Origin: Rothia sp. (in: high G+C Gram-positive bacteria)
Lineage (GTDB): Bacteria > Actinomycetota > Actinomycetes > Actinomycetales > Micrococcaceae
Assembly (NCBI GenBank): GCA_034179845.1
Contig: JAXFPK010000067.1
Coordinates: 1 to 52,067, forward strand
Direction: 5' to 3'
Length of the DNA stretch: 52,067 nt
Under the pieces are notes generated by a model. That model was given only the letters and a program-made list of their open reading frames with translations. It was not told where the DNA came from and searched no databases. Position numbers and translations under genes: made by a program. This document shows, one piece after another, positions 41,702 to 52,032 of this stretch (positions are counted from its first letter, which is position 1; every line of letters begins with the position of its first letter).

Positions 41702-43720
41702 ATGAGCGAAAAAAGCGTAACTGCAATGAAAACTCTACAGCGGGTTATTCTGCCTGAAGCTGTACAAACTGACGTCATACCCTTGTATATTGACAGTGGT
41801 AGCGCCACCGGCGTGCAACTACCTACCCGCTTAGACGGAGACGCAGCTCAAACCATTGAGAAGGCAACTGCTCAACAGGAGTTGAAGAACGAAAGTTCAA
41901 CGGGCCCTGCAACCATGAGCTCTGACCTACTAGGTCGCCATTCAACTCACCTAGATGCAGGTAAAACTGTTTCCTTTGGCACCTATTTCAATGCCTTCCC
42001 CGCATCGTACTGGAGACGATGGACCGACCTTAGATCAGTAACCCTCAGTATCACCACTGAAGGTTCAGGTATGGTCGTGGTCTACAAGTCAAATGCTCGC
42101 GGTGTTATCCAACGCGTGGACGCTAAAGTGCTTGAAGGGCCAGAAACTTCCACCTTTGACCTGACACTAGCTCCCTTCGGTGATGGTGGCTGGTATTGGT
42201 TTGATCTTACTGCCACCCACAGCGACCTTACCCTAATCAAGGCAGAGTGGCTTGGTAATATTAAGCCTCGCCTGGGAGAAGCTGGCGGTAAAGCTACCGT
42301 GCAGATTACCACCATGAACAAGGTGCAGTATTGCATCGACAATATCCGTTCCCTTGGTAATAACCTTGATGCTCTGGAAACCGTTAAAGAGATTCTGATT
42401 GTTGATCAGGGTACCGATAAAGTTCAAGACCACCCTGACTTTGAAGAGGTAGTTGCTCCTCTTGCGGGCAAATTCCGTATTATCAACCAGGCAAACCTGG
42501 GTGGTTCGGGCGGCTTTGCCCGCGGCATGTTCGAGTCTGTTAATAACGGGTCAGACTACGTTATGTTGCTCGATGATGACGTCGTTGTTGAACCTGAATC
42601 TATTTTGCGTCTGATTACCTTTGCTGATTACTGCAAGAACCCCACTATTGTGGGCGGTCACATGTTCGATATGTATGACCGGTCAGTTCTGCACGCCTTC
42701 GGTGAAGTAGTGAACCCCTGGCGCACTTTTTACGATAAGCCCCATGCTGATATGTCTCTTGGGCACGATTTAGGTAGAAACAACCTCCGTAACACGCACT
42801 GGATGCACCGCCGTGTAGACGTTGACTATAACGGTTGGTGGATGTGCCTGATTCCTACAGAGGTCATTCAGAAGATTGGCCTGTCACTTCCCCTTTTCTT
42901 GAAATGGGACGATGCAGAGTACGGTCTTCGCGCTAAAGAAGCTGGAATCGCCACCGTCTCATTCCCCGGTGCGGCCTTGTGGCACGTATCGTGGCAAGAT
43001 AAGGACGACTCCGTCGGCTGGCAGGCTTACTTCCACGAGCGTAACCGCCTTATTACTGCCCTTATCCATTCCCCCTTTGAAAAGGGTGGAGCGGTCCTAC
43101 GCGAATCTCTCTTCTTGGATGTAAAGCATGCTCTATCGATGCAGTACTATACAGAAGAAGGCCGCCTGATGGCTATCGAAGATTTGCTCTCTGGCCCAGA
43201 ACATCTGCACCCTTCTCTCAGCGAGCGCCTGCCTGTTATTCGCGGTAAGGTGAAGGAGTTCCAGGACGCTCAGCTCAAGTCAGATGTCGATGAGTACCCT
43301 CAGCCCAAGACGACTAAACCTCCTTTCAAGGGACGTCGTAACTTTAGTTCCCCTGGCTACCGGAAGCTTATTCCCTGGGCTGTTTCGACTGTGGGGCGTC
43401 AGCTCTTTAAGCCGGTTGATGATTTGGCGAAGACAAACCCCCAGATTCAGCTGAATTACTCTGAGAATCGTTGGTGGACTGTTTCTAAGTTTGATTCGCT
43501 CTTGGTGACTAACGCTGAGGGGACCGGTGTCTTCTGGTATCAGCGTGACCCCAAGAAGCTTCGGGAGAATTTGGCTCGTGCTTCGAAGCTACATGCCAAG
43601 CTCTATAAGAATTGGGCTGAATTGCGTCAACAGTATCGTTCAGCAGCAGCTGAAGTAGCGTCGTACGATGCGTGGGCTGATACTTTCAAGAAGCATACGG
43701 AGTCTGAGCTGACCCGATGA
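41702..43720 (+). CDS. glfT2: Galactofuranosyltransferase GlfT2-like (GT2)
   Basis: Motifs SFGTYFNAFPASYWRRWT, NLGGSGGFARG, LLDDD, DYNGWWMCLIP, KWDDAEYG. Confidence 0.9.
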   Translation: MSEKSVTAMKTLQRVILPEAVQTDVIPLYIDSGSATGVQLPTRLDGDAAQTIEKATAQQELKNESSTGPATMSSDLLGRHSTHLDAGKTVSFGTYFNAFPASYWRRWTDLRSVTLSITTEGSGMVVVYKSNARGVIQRVDAKVLEGPETSTFDLTLAPFGDGGWYWFDLTATHSDLTLIKAEWLGNIKPRLGEAGGKATVQITTMNKVQYCIDNIRSLGNNLDALETVKEILIVDQGTDKVQDHPDFEEVVAPLAGKFRIINQANLGGSGGFARGMFESVNNGSDYVMLLDDDVVVEPESILRLITFADYCKNPTIVGGHMFDMYDRSVLHAFGEVVNPWRTFYDKPHADMSLGHDLGRNNLRNTHWMHRRVDVDYNGWWMCLIPTEVIQKIGLSLPLFLKWDDAEYGLRAKEAGIATVSFPGAALWHVSWQDKDDSVGWQAYFHERNRLITALIHSPFEKGGAVLRESLFLDVKHALSMQYYTEEGRLMAIEDLLSGPEHLHPSLSERLPVIRGKVKEFQDAQLKSDVDEYPQPKTTKPPFKGRRNFSSPGYRKLIPWAVSTVGRQLFKPVDDLAKTNPQIQLNYSENRWWTVSKFDSLLVTNAEGTGVFWYQRDPKKLRENLARASKLHAKLYKNWAELRQQYRSAAAEVASYDAWADTFKKHTESELTR

Positions 43721-44598
43721 GTAAGCAAATAGTTCACCCTCTTTTGCCCCCAGGGCGTGGTAGAGGTCTACGAGATGTCCTTCAAAATCGTTATCTTTTG
43801 AAGCTGCTGGTCGACAAGGAAATCCAGGTTCGCTACCGTGGGTCTGTCTTGGGTATTCTTTGGTCGTATATTAAACCGGGTGTGCAGTTCGGTGTCTTCT
43901 ACATTGCCATGGGCCTTTTTCTGGGCCTGGAACGGGGCATGCAGAATTATGCTATTTACCTGTTCTCTGGCATGGTTGTCATTAACTTCTTCTCTGAAGG
44001 CTTCAGTAATGGGGCTAAGGCCATGGTTGTTAATGGTGCCTTGATTAAGAAGATTTACCTTCCTCGTGAGCTGTTCTCGGTCTCAACGATTTGGGTGGCT
44101 TTGATCCACTTTGTGCCTCAGATTGTGGTGCTTTTGCTGGCTTGTATTTTTGCCGGGTGGAGCCCAGATGTGAAGCAGGTTGCTGCGGCTCTTGTTGCCA
44201 TGGTGATTATTATGGTGTTCTCTGCGGGGCTTGGCCTGATTTTTGGTGTGGCTAATGTCTTTTTCCGTGATTCAGAGAATATTGTGGATATGCTCCTGAT
44301 GGTTGCTACCTGGTTTTCTCCGGTGCTGTATTCATGGACTATGGTGCGAGATACTCTCTATTCGTGGGTTATTAATGTTTATCTTCTGAACCCTCTGACC
44401 GTTGCTGTTGAACTGTTTCACTATGCTTTCTGGATCCCCACTTTGTCTGAGGAGGCTTTGGCTCTACCAACCTCGCAGATCCCTCCGCATCTACTTACTC
44501 TGTGGGTGCCGGTTGCCTTGGGCGTTTCGCTAGTAACCTTGTTCCTTGGTGACTTACTTTTCCGTAAGCTCGAGGGCAACTTCGCCCAGGAGCTCTGA
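43717..44598 (+). CDS. wzm: ABC-2 polysaccharide export permease
   Basis: Motifs RYRGSVLGILWS, LIKKIYLPRE, FFRD, LNPL. Confidence 0.9.
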   Translation: MSKQIVHPLLPPGRGRGLRDVLQNRYLLKLLVDKEIQVRYRGSVLGILWSYIKPGVQFGVFYIAMGLFLGLERGMQNYAIYLFSGMVVINFFSEGFSNGAKAMVVNGALIKKIYLPRELFSVSTIWVALIHFVPQIVVLLLACIFAGWSPDVKQVAAALVAMVIIMVFSAGLGLIFGVANVFFRDSENIVDMLLMVATWFSPVLYSWTMVRDTLYSWVINVYLLNPLTVAVELFHYAFWIPTLSEEALALPTSQIPPHLLTLWVPVALGVSLVTLFLGDLLFRKLEGNFAQEL

Positions 44599-44602
44599 TC
44601 GT

Positions 44603-45379
44603 ATGGATATCAAGAAGTTCGATTTACCGCCTGTGACTGATAGCGCCCCGGTGGTTATTAGGGTTGAGTCGCTGGTCAAACGCTTTGTGCTGCGCCATAC
44701 CCGTTCGATGAAGGAAGCTTTCGTCTGGTTGATGAAGGGCCGCAAGGGAGATTTGAATGAGAAATTCAATGCGCTCAACGGGGTCTCTTTAGATATTCGT
44801 GAAGGTGAGCGCGTTGCCTTGCTGGGTTATAACGGTTCTGGCAAGTCAACCTTGCTCAAGCTGATTTCGGGTGTGATGCACCCTGATGAAGGTATGGTGC
44901 TGACGGGCGGACGCATTGCCGGGCTTATTGAGGTCGGTGCAGGCTTTCACCCCGACCTTACCGGGCGGGATAACGTGTACCTCAACGCCGCAATCCTTGG
45001 TATGAGCAAGGAACAGATCGAAGCAAAGTTCGATGAAATTGTTGAGTTCTCTGAAATCGGCAACTTTATTGATACCGAGGTGAAGTTCTACTCATCGGGC
45101 ATGTATTTGCGTCTGGCGTTTGCTGTGGCTGTTCATACTGACCCGGAGATTTTCTTGGTGGATGAGATCCTGGCGGTGGGCGATGAGCCTTTCCAGAAGA
45201 AGTGTATCGCTAAGATTCGTGACTTGAGTGCTGAGGGGAAAACCCTGGTTGTAGTCAGTCATGACCTTGATTTGGTGGCTAGGATTTGTGAGCGTGGTGT
45301 CGTTTTGGATCACGGTTCTAAACAGTTTGATGGTCCTATTGACCAGGCGATTGAGTTCATGAGGGCTAAATCTCGGTAA
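44603..45379 (+). CDS. wzt: ABC polysaccharide export ATPase (no C-terminal carbohydrate-binding domain)
   Basis: Motifs GYNGSGKST, YSSGM..RLAF, LVDE, VSHD. Start refined to ATG 44603. Confidence 0.92.
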   Translation: MDIKKFDLPPVTDSAPVVIRVESLVKRFVLRHTRSMKEAFVWLMKGRKGDLNEKFNALNGVSLDIREGERVALLGYNGSGKSTLLKLISGVMHPDEGMVLTGGRIAGLIEVGAGFHPDLTGRDNVYLNAAILGMSKEQIEAKFDEIVEFSEIGNFIDTEVKFYSSGMYLRLAFAVAVHTDPEIFLVDEILAVGDEPFQKKCIAKIRDLSAEGKTLVVVSHDLDLVARICERGVVLDHGSKQFDGPIDQAIEFMRAKSR

Positions 45380-45394
45380 GAGAAGTCTTCCCCT

Positions 45395-45431
45395 AAAGTA
45401 CCCACAAGCTCCCTAGCTTGTGGGTATTTTT
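45395..45431 (+). terminator. Terminator of the galactan operon
   Basis: AAAGTACCCACAAGCT...AGCTTGTGGGTATTTTT. Confidence 0.85.
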
Positions 45432-45502
45432 GTGCGTTGTTACTAGTCAGTAACTAGTTGCGTGTCTAAACGTTACGAATTTCTGCAATGAAAATGAGGG
45501 GC

Positions 45503-45635
45503 TGTGGAAAAGTTCTGCCCTTGAGTTGTCGTGCCTTATCAAGCAAAACTTGTATGGGATCTAACCTGTGGGGCAGAGGCGCACCCGGCTGATTTATCCA
45601 CAGAATTTTCTTCTGCCGTTTGATTGTTTGACCTA
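45503..45635. promoter_or_regulatory. Two DnaA-type boxes plus TTTGAT/TTTGAC repeats upstream of tadA
   Basis: TGTGGAAAA (45503-45511), TTATCCACA (45594-45602), TTTGAT (45619-45624), TTTGACCTA (45627-45635). Confidence 0.6.
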
Positions 45636-45695
45636 ATCAACTGTATCTTGTTGGAGAATTCACCGATGGGTAAGAACAGGACGTAAGGGGGACAA

Positions 45696-46940
45696 ATGCC
45701 TATAGCGCACGCAGAAGAGCTTATCGAAGCAGATGTACGCGATTTAATTCGCCGTAGTAGCCTTGATCCGCTTGTACAGCAGAGTGAAGCTAAAGAGCTC
45801 ATTCAGCAGGCAATCGCAGAGTATGAGCACCAGATGCTGCGCGGGGCAGTGCCGCGGCTTGAGAACGCTGATACCCTCATGAGCACCTTGTTTGACAAGG
45901 TGTGCGGCTTTGGCGAGATTCAACAGTTTCTTGATGATAGCTCTGTCGAAGAGGTATGGATTAACGCCCCGGATGAGATTTTTGTGGCTAGGGCCGGGGA
46001 ATCGGAGCTAACTGGCTTGAGCCTGAGCGAAGAACAGATTCGTGCACTGGTAGAGCGTATGCTCAAAACCTCGGGCCGTCGCCTGGATCTGAGCACGCCT
46101 TTTGTTGACAGCTCACTGCCGGACGGCTCTAGGCTCCATGTAGCTATACCCGATGTTACCCGCCAACATTGGGCCATTAACATTCGTAAGTTCATTGCTC
46201 GGGCAACCCGTTTAAATGATTTAGTGAAACTGGACTCTCTGAGCCTAGAGGCTGCAAAGTTTTTGGATGCAGCTGTTGCTAGCGGTCTCAATTGCCTGGT
46301 GTCAGGGGCAACTCAAGCTGGTAAAACAACTATGTTGAACTGTTTATCGGCCTCAATTGGTATGCGAGAACGTGTTATCACCTGTGAAGAGATTTTTGAG
46401 CTTAAGATTCCGTTGCGCGATGTTGTGAATATGCAGTGCCGTCAGCCCAACCTTGAAGGGCATGGGGAGATTCCTCTACGGCGTCTGGTGAAAGAAGCCT
46501 TGCGTATGAGACCTGACCGTTTAATAATTGGTGAGGTACGTGAAGCTGAGTCCCTTGATATGTTGATAGCTTTGAATTCTGGGCTGCCGGGCTTATGCAC
46601 TATCCACGCTAACTCTGCCCGTGACGCTATCACCAAGATGTGCACACTCCCGCTTTTAGCCGGTGATAATATCTCAAGTTCTTTTGTTGTGCCGACGGTA
46701 GCTTCTTGTTTTGACCTGGTAGTGCATTGCGACCGCGATTTGAGAGGGAGGCGCTACGTTCGAGAGATTCTTGCGGTGGGTAATCGTGTTGAACATGGTG
46801 TGATTGAGACCAGCACACTTTTTAGGCGTGAAGGTGAGCAGCTGGTGTGTGTTGCCTCAGAGGTGCCCTCACCGGAGAAGTTTCTGAGGGCTGGTTATGC
46901 TCCTGAATCTCTGCTTAACTGTGAGGCAGGGCTGGTATGA
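45696..46940 (+). CDS. tadA: Tad/Flp pilus assembly ATPase (CpaF)
   Basis: Motifs VEEVWIN, LPDGSRLH, GATQAGKTT, ALRMRPDRLIIGEVR, TIHANS. Confidence 0.95.
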   Translation: MPIAHAEELIEADVRDLIRRSSLDPLVQQSEAKELIQQAIAEYEHQMLRGAVPRLENADTLMSTLFDKVCGFGEIQQFLDDSSVEEVWINAPDEIFVARAGESELTGLSLSEEQIRALVERMLKTSGRRLDLSTPFVDSSLPDGSRLHVAIPDVTRQHWAINIRKFIARATRLNDLVKLDSLSLEAAKFLDAAVASGLNCLVSGATQAGKTTMLNCLSASIGMRERVITCEEIFELKIPLRDVVNMQCRQPNLEGHGEIPLRRLVKEALRMRPDRLIIGEVREAESLDMLIALNSGLPGLCTIHANSARDAITKMCTLPLLAGDNISSSFVVPTVASCFDLVVHCDRDLRGRRYVREILAVGNRVEHGVIETSTLFRREGEQLVCVASEVPSPEKFLRAGYAPESLLNCEAGLV

Positions 46941-47791
46941 GTGCTTTCTTTGGTCTTACGTTCGGTATTGGTGCGCTTTTTATCTATATGTCCTTCTGGG
47001 AGCTTCCCAGCCGCGGAAAGAAAAAACGCAAAGCTCCCGTCATGCAGCAGCTCCTTCGTCAGGCAGATCTTGAGAAGTTCACTGTGGGTATGTTTTATTC
47101 AGTGTCGGCTGCAGCTGCTCTAGTGGCCATGGTCCTAACTTTTGCCCTGACGTCCTTAGTCCCTCTTGCTCTACTTGCTGCAGGCGTTGGCTTCTTTGGC
47201 CCCTATTTTCTGGTCAAACACCGGGCAACTCAACGGCAGGCTCAGCTGCGAGATCTATGGCCTGACACGGTAGATCACTTGCGGTCAGCTATCCGTGCTG
47301 GCTTATCGCTTCCAGATGCCCTCATGCAACTTCAATACCGGGGCCCAGAACCTCTACGCCCAGCTTTTGCCAGTTTTGCTGCAGACTACCTGGCTAGCGG
47401 CGAGTTCTTGCCTGCTCTGAACCGTCTTAAAGACCGTTTGAGCGACCCTACAGCCGATAACATCATTGAGGCCCTTAAAGTGACCCGCGAAGTTGGTGGC
47501 ACCGACTTAGGTCGACTTCTAGGAACCTTAAGCTCCTTTTTACGTGAGAACAGTAGAACCCGTTCTGAGCTTGAAGCTAGACAATCATGGACGGTTAATG
47601 CTGCGCGTCTGGCCTGTGTGGCCCCCTGGGTTGTCTTGGGTTTAATGGCAACCCAGCCTAGTACCATCAGAATCTATAACAGCTTTGCTGGCTTTGTGGT
47701 CTTAGCAAGTGGGCTCGTACTAACTATTATTGCCTACCGGCTCATGATGCGTATCGGTGCTCTACCTGAAGAGAAGAGGGTCCTTACATGA
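46937..47791 (+). CDS. tadB: Tad platform protein (T2SS F family)
   Basis: WPDTVDHLRSAIRAGLSL, GGTDL; overlaps the tadA stop. Confidence 0.9.
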   Translation: MSAFFGLTFGIGALFIYMSFWELPSRGKKKRKAPVMQQLLRQADLEKFTVGMFYSVSAAAALVAMVLTFALTSLVPLALLAAGVGFFGPYFLVKHRATQRQAQLRDLWPDTVDHLRSAIRAGLSLPDALMQLQYRGPEPLRPAFASFAADYLASGEFLPALNRLKDRLSDPTADNIIEALKVTREVGGTDLGRLLGTLSSFLRENSRTRSELEARQSWTVNAARLACVAPWVVLGLMATQPSTIRIYNSFAGFVVLASGLVLTIIAYRLMMRIGALPEEKRVLT

Positions 47792-48723
47792 ATCTTTCTC
47801 TTCTCCTTGGCCTGAGTCTTGCCGCAGGGCTCTGGTTGGTTCTTTCAGGTATGTGGCACCAGCGGCGGGAAAGCTTCGCAGACCGTATAGCACCCCAATT
47901 GCGCGCAGCAGAACTTAAAAAGAGCCGCCCAGATGCCCCGTATAGTACCTTGCCAGAAGGTATCTACGGTGCAAGTGCTGCCCTTCTGGCCCCCTGGGTC
48001 GAAAAGATTTACCGGAGTTTGGGCAAATCTAGCTTCGATACAGTGGCTCTTGAAAAACGTCTTGCCCAGTTAGGTAGGGGTTTGACGGTTGCTGAATACC
48101 GGGTGCAACAGGTGCTGTGGAGTTTGCTGGCTGCTGGGCTCTGTATTTGTCTGGTAGCTGTGGGACTTGCCCACGGCACACTAAATCTTGTGCCGGGCTT
48201 TCTTCTCATCGTGTTAGGTGCTGCGGCCGGTTTTCTTGCTCGTGATTACTGGCTATCTCAGCAGATTGCTAAACGGGAAAAAACGATGCTAGCTGAGTTT
48301 CCCGCCTTAGCTGAGTTGATGGCCTTATCTGTTACCGCAGGGGAGTCAGCTATCGGTTCGCTTGAGCGGGTTGTGCGCAGTTCGCAGGGAGAGCTCTCTG
48401 GTGAGTTTCGAACTATTCTCGCTATGACTCGCTCTGGTGAATCACTGGTTGTTGCTTTGCAAAGTTTTTCTCAGCGAACTTCGGTGGCGGCCCTCTCCCG
48501 TTTTGTGGACGGCCTAGTGGTGGCTATTGAACGTGGCACACCTCTGGCTGATGTCTTGCGAGCCCAGGCACAAGATGTGCGGGATAACGCCAAGCGTGAG
48601 CTGATGGAAACAGCAGGGAAGAAAGAAATCGGTATGATGGCGCCCGTTGTCTTTCTGATTCTTCCGCTCACTGTGCTTTTTGCGATGTTTCCAGGCCTTT
48701 CCCTTCTTAATCTTAATTTCTAA
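47788..48723 (+). CDS. tadC: Tad platform protein (T2SS F family)
   Basis: EFPALAELMAL...AGES, ERGTPLADVLRAQA, PVVFLILP. Confidence 0.9.
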   Translation: MNLSLLLGLSLAAGLWLVLSGMWHQRRESFADRIAPQLRAAELKKSRPDAPYSTLPEGIYGASAALLAPWVEKIYRSLGKSSFDTVALEKRLAQLGRGLTVAEYRVQQVLWSLLAAGLCICLVAVGLAHGTLNLVPGFLLIVLGAAAGFLARDYWLSQQIAKREKTMLAEFPALAELMALSVTAGESAIGSLERVVRSSQGELSGEFRTILAMTRSGESLVVALQSFSQRTSVAALSRFVDGLVVAIERGTPLADVLRAQAQDVRDNAKRELMETAGKKEIGMMAPVVFLILPLTVLFAMFPGLSLLNLNF

Positions 48724-48777
48724 TCTTGCCTTCCTCTAGGCGCTTTCTATTCACCCTCTTATGTATAAGGAGAACCC

Positions 48778-48987
48778 ATGAAAAAGTTTATGACCGACAC
48801 CTACGTTAAGGCCCTTATCAGCATTTTTGCCCCTCTGCCTAGCGCAGATGATGCTGAGCGTGGTGACGTACCCGGCTGGGTGATGATCACGATGATGTCC
48901 GCTATCCTCGTGGCCGCTATTTTGGTGATTGCTCAGGATGCTCTGGTGAATATGTTCAATAATGCGATGTCGATGATTAGCCGCTAG
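48778..48987 (+). CDS. Flp-type major pilin (non-canonical ERG|DVPGWV)
   Basis: 69 aa, strong RBS AAGGAG, leader ending ERG, then a hydrophobic helix. Located after tadC. Confidence 0.8.
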   Translation: MKKFMTDTYVKALISIFAPLPSADDAERGDVPGWVMITMMSAILVAAILVIAQDALVNMFNNAMSMISR

Positions 48988-48996
48988 GGGAGTCCT

Positions 48997-49383
48997 GTGA
49001 GAGCTGTGGTCCTTGAGAAGGAAAGAGGAAACGCAACGGCAGAGTTCGTGATGGTTTCTGCCCTGGTTGTTTTACTTTTCCTGAGTGTTGTGCAAATCGC
49101 TTTTGCCATGTTTACCCGAAACGTACTGCAAGATGCTGCCTCTCAAGGTGCCCGCTATGGGGCCATGCTCGATAGGACGCCCGCTGATGGTGAAGAGCGC
49201 ACACACGACTTGCTCTACTCTGTGCTCCCTGACCAGTATTCGGCGAAGATTAGTAGCTCTGTCACCCAGTGGCAGGGAGTAGATGCTGTGCAAGTGACCG
49301 TTGTTGCCCCGGTCCCACTGCTTGGCCCCTTTGGTATGGACGCCCAGTGGGAGGTGAGCGGGCATGCTGTGGTTCAGCGATAA
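48997..49383 (+). CDS. tadE: TadE-like pseudopilin
   Basis: ERG|NATAEF, hydrophobic helix, DAASQGARYGA. Confidence 0.85.
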   Translation: MRAVVLEKERGNATAEFVMVSALVVLLFLSVVQIAFAMFTRNVLQDAASQGARYGAMLDRTPADGEERTHDLLYSVLPDQYSAKISSSVTQWQGVDAVQVTVVAPVPLLGPFGMDAQWEVSGHAVVQR

Positions 49384-49822
49384 ACCCGGTGAAGAACCTA
49401 AAGTAGCAGAAAGGTCAGATCATTCTGACAGGGGCAGTGCCCTGGTCGAATTTATTGGCTTAGGTGCCCTGCTGATGGTGCCCACAGTTTATTTTCTGCT
49501 CTCGGTTTTTGCCATGCAGTCAGCGGCCTTCGCGGCCTCTAACGCTAGTGCCCACGCTCTACAGGTCATTCAGTTTCTACCCCCGGAGCAGCGTAGCCAA
49601 TCTGCTGTCCAAGCTGTTGCGGTGCTGACAGCAAGCGACTTTGGTATAGATGCTGGGGCTGTTACAGCCACCTTAGGCTGTGAGGATACCTGCGCACCGG
49701 GGGAGCGGGTAACTGTAGAGGTAAGAGTTGAGGTGGAGTTGCCCCTGGTGCCCTGGCCAGGAGCACCTACCCTGGCTACAATGACCTCCCAGGCTGTGAG
49801 CTGGGGAGGTGATTACTCCTGA
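49364..49822 (+). CDS. TadE/F-like pseudopilin
   Basis: DRG|SALVEF, hydrophobic helix, C...C.PG motif. Confidence 0.8.
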   Translation: MLWFSDKPGEEPKVAERSDHSDRGSALVEFIGLGALLMVPTVYFLLSVFAMQSAAFAASNASAHALQVIQFLPPEQRSQSAVQAVAVLTASDFGIDAGAVTATLGCEDTCAPGERVTVEVRVEVELPLVPWPGAPTLATMTSQAVSWGGDYS

Positions 49823-50313
49823 TGCTCAAGAAACACGCCCACTATTCTGAATCGTCTCAAGGAGAGACAGAAAAAGAGCATGAAGCTGAGCAGGGGAGTG
49901 TGCTTCCTCTGATCGTGGGGCTCTGTCTGGTGCTGCTACTGATTGCCTCTACCGTTACTGGAGTGAGCTCAGTCTACCTAGAAAGAGCACGTCTGCAAGC
50001 TTTAGCTGATCAGGCTGCAACCTCAGCTGCGCAACGCATCGAAGGTATCACCGCAGTAGGGGCGTCCCAGGCACAGGTGAGACTCACCAATGCCGGGGTG
50101 CAGGCGTCCGCTCAGACTTTCCTGCATGAAAGTGGCGCTGGGGCTGATTTCTCCCAGCTGGCCTTGAACCCCGCAACTGGAGCGCCCGAACACCATACGG
50201 CAACCGTCGTCCTCTCAGCAAGAGCCCACCCGCCCTTACTCTCCATCGTGCTACCTGATGGTATCGATATCACCGTTACCGGCAAGGCACGCGTCATCAC
50301 CACCCAACAGTAG
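49822..50313 (+). CDS. TadG-related pilus assembly protein
   Basis: EQG|SVLPLI, hydrophobic helix, [14 protein letters not shown]. Confidence 0.8.
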   Translation: MLKKHAHYSESSQGETEKEHEAEQGSVLPLIVGLCLVLLLIASTVTGVSSVYLERARLQALADQAATSAAQRIEGITAVGASQAQVRLTNAGVQASAQTFLHESGAGADFSQLALNPATGAPEHHTATVVLSARAHPPLLSIVLPDGIDITVTGKARVITTQQ

Positions 50314-50395
50314 AACACCCACAGCTCTGCCCCATCAGCGCAAAAGCGGGGCAAAACCGGGCGCTTACCCTCCTTTTCAGTTAGGGTTAATAGTC

Positions 50396-51520
50396 ATGGC
50401 TACTTTAGATTTTTCTGCCCACATCAAAACCTTACGCTCAACCTACGCCTCCATCGAAGAGGTCAGCGACGTTGAGCAGCTTCGCGCTACCATCGCAGAA
50501 CTCTCTGAAGCAGCCGGCGCCCCGGACCTCTGGGACAACCCCGACGCCGCCCAAAAAGTAACCTCCCAGCTCTCCCACAAACAAGCTGAACTCGATAAGC
50601 TCCTCAAACTAAACCAGGCCATTGACGACCTTGACATCATGGTCGAACTAGCCGAAGAAGAAAGCGACACCCAAACCCTGGCCGAAGCGGAAACCGAACT
50701 GCGCGCTATCGAAAAACGCCTAGCAGAGCTTGAAGTCATCACCCTCCTCTCCGGCGAGTACGACCAGCGCGATGCCGTCGTCACCATCCGAGCAGGAGCC
50801 GGTGGCGTAGATGCCGCCGACTTCGCCGAAATGCTCCTGCGCATGTACCTGCGCTGGGCAGAAAAAAACGGCTTTGACACCACTGTCATGGACACCTCCT
50901 ACGCCGAAGAAGCCGGCCTCAAATCAGCAACCTTTGAGGTCAAAGCCCCCTACGCCTTTGGGCGCCTATCCATCGAAGCAGGAACCCACCGCCTGGTGCG
51001 CATCTCACCCTTCAATAGCCAGGGCAAACGCATGACCTCCTTCGCCGCAGTAGAAGTCATCCCCCTCATTGAGCAAACCGACCACATCGAGATCCCCGAA
51101 GCCGAACTCAAAGTTGATGTCTTCCGCTCATCTGGCCCCGGCGGTCAATCCGTCAACACCACAGACTCAGCTGTGCGCATGACCCACATACCCACCGGCA
51201 TCGTAGTATCGATGCAAAACGAAAAATCCCAGCTACAAAACCGAGCCGCTGCGCTACGCGTCCTACAATCTCGCCTGCTCCTACTGCGTAAAGAACAAGA
51301 GGACGCCAAAAAGAAGGAACTCGCCGGTGACGTCAAGGCCTCCTGGGGCGACCAGATGCGCTCCTATGTGCTCAACCCCTACCAGATGGTCAAAGACCTA
51401 CGCACCAACTATGAAGAGGGAAACCCCAGCGCCGTATTCGACGGGGCACTGGACGGCTTCATCGACGCCGGTGTGCGATGGCGCGCCGCCGAACGACAGA
51501 AAAGAAAGAACGAAGAATAA
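50396..51520 (+). CDS. prfB: Peptide chain release factor 2
   Basis: SPF tripeptide and GGQ motif in a continuous ORF. Start refined to ATG 50396. Confidence 0.97.
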   Translation: MATLDFSAHIKTLRSTYASIEEVSDVEQLRATIAELSEAAGAPDLWDNPDAAQKVTSQLSHKQAELDKLLKLNQAIDDLDIMVELAEEESDTQTLAEAETELRAIEKRLAELEVITLLSGEYDQRDAVVTIRAGAGGVDAADFAEMLLRMYLRWAEKNGFDTTVMDTSYAEEAGLKSATFEVKAPYAFGRLSIEAGTHRLVRISPFNSQGKRMTSFAAVEVIPLIEQTDHIEIPEAELKVDVFRSSGPGGQSVNTTDSAVRMTHIPTGIVVSMQNEKSQLQNRAAALRVLQSRLLLLRKEQEDAKKKELAGDVKASWGDQMRSYVLNPYQMVKDLRTNYEEGNPSAVFDGALDGFIDAGVRWRAAERQKRKNEE

Positions 51521-51522
51521 TC

Positions 51523-52011
51523 GTGGCTAAGAAAAAAGTAACGAAAGAAGACCCCAACAACCACACCATCGCCTCCAACCGCCGCGCTCGCCATAACTAC
51601 AACATCCTAGAAACCTGGGAGGCTGGCCTAGTGCTCATGGGCACCGAGGTGAAATCTTTGCGTGATGGTGGTGCTTCTATCACCGATGGTTTTTGCCAGA
51701 TGTATGGCAATGAGCTGTGGTTAGAGGGTATTCATATCGCTGAATACGGGCGAGGGTCTTGGACTAATCACGCTGCCCGCCGCCGCCGCAAACTGCTCAT
51801 GCATCGCAGCGAAATCAATAAAATCGCCCAGAAGCTCAACGAAAGCGGCTACACGGTGGTGCCTTTGAAACTTTATTTCAGTAAGGGCCGCGCCAAGGTT
51901 GAAATTGCCCTGGCTACCGGTAAACGCGACTACGATAAGCGTCAGGCCCTACGCGAGCGCCAGGACAATCTAGAAGCTCAGCGTGCTATGCGCTATAAGA
52001 ACCTGGGCTAA
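51523..52011 (+). CDS. smpB: SsrA-binding protein
   Basis: Motifs NRRARHNY, EAGLVLMGTEVKSLR, RKLLMH, GKRDYDKR. Confidence 0.97.
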   Translation: MAKKKVTKEDPNNHTIASNRRARHNYNILETWEAGLVLMGTEVKSLRDGGASITDGFCQMYGNELWLEGIHIAEYGRGSWTNHAARRRRKLLMHRSEINKIAQKLNESGYTVVPLKLYFSKGRAKVEIALATGKRDYDKRQALRERQDNLEAQRAMRYKNLG

Positions 52012-52032
52012 TAACCTACTCGAAGGAGAGAG

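Noticed and set aside
50396-51520. Absence of the RF2 programmed +1 frameshift
   Set aside because: A continuous prfB is normal in Actinobacteria.
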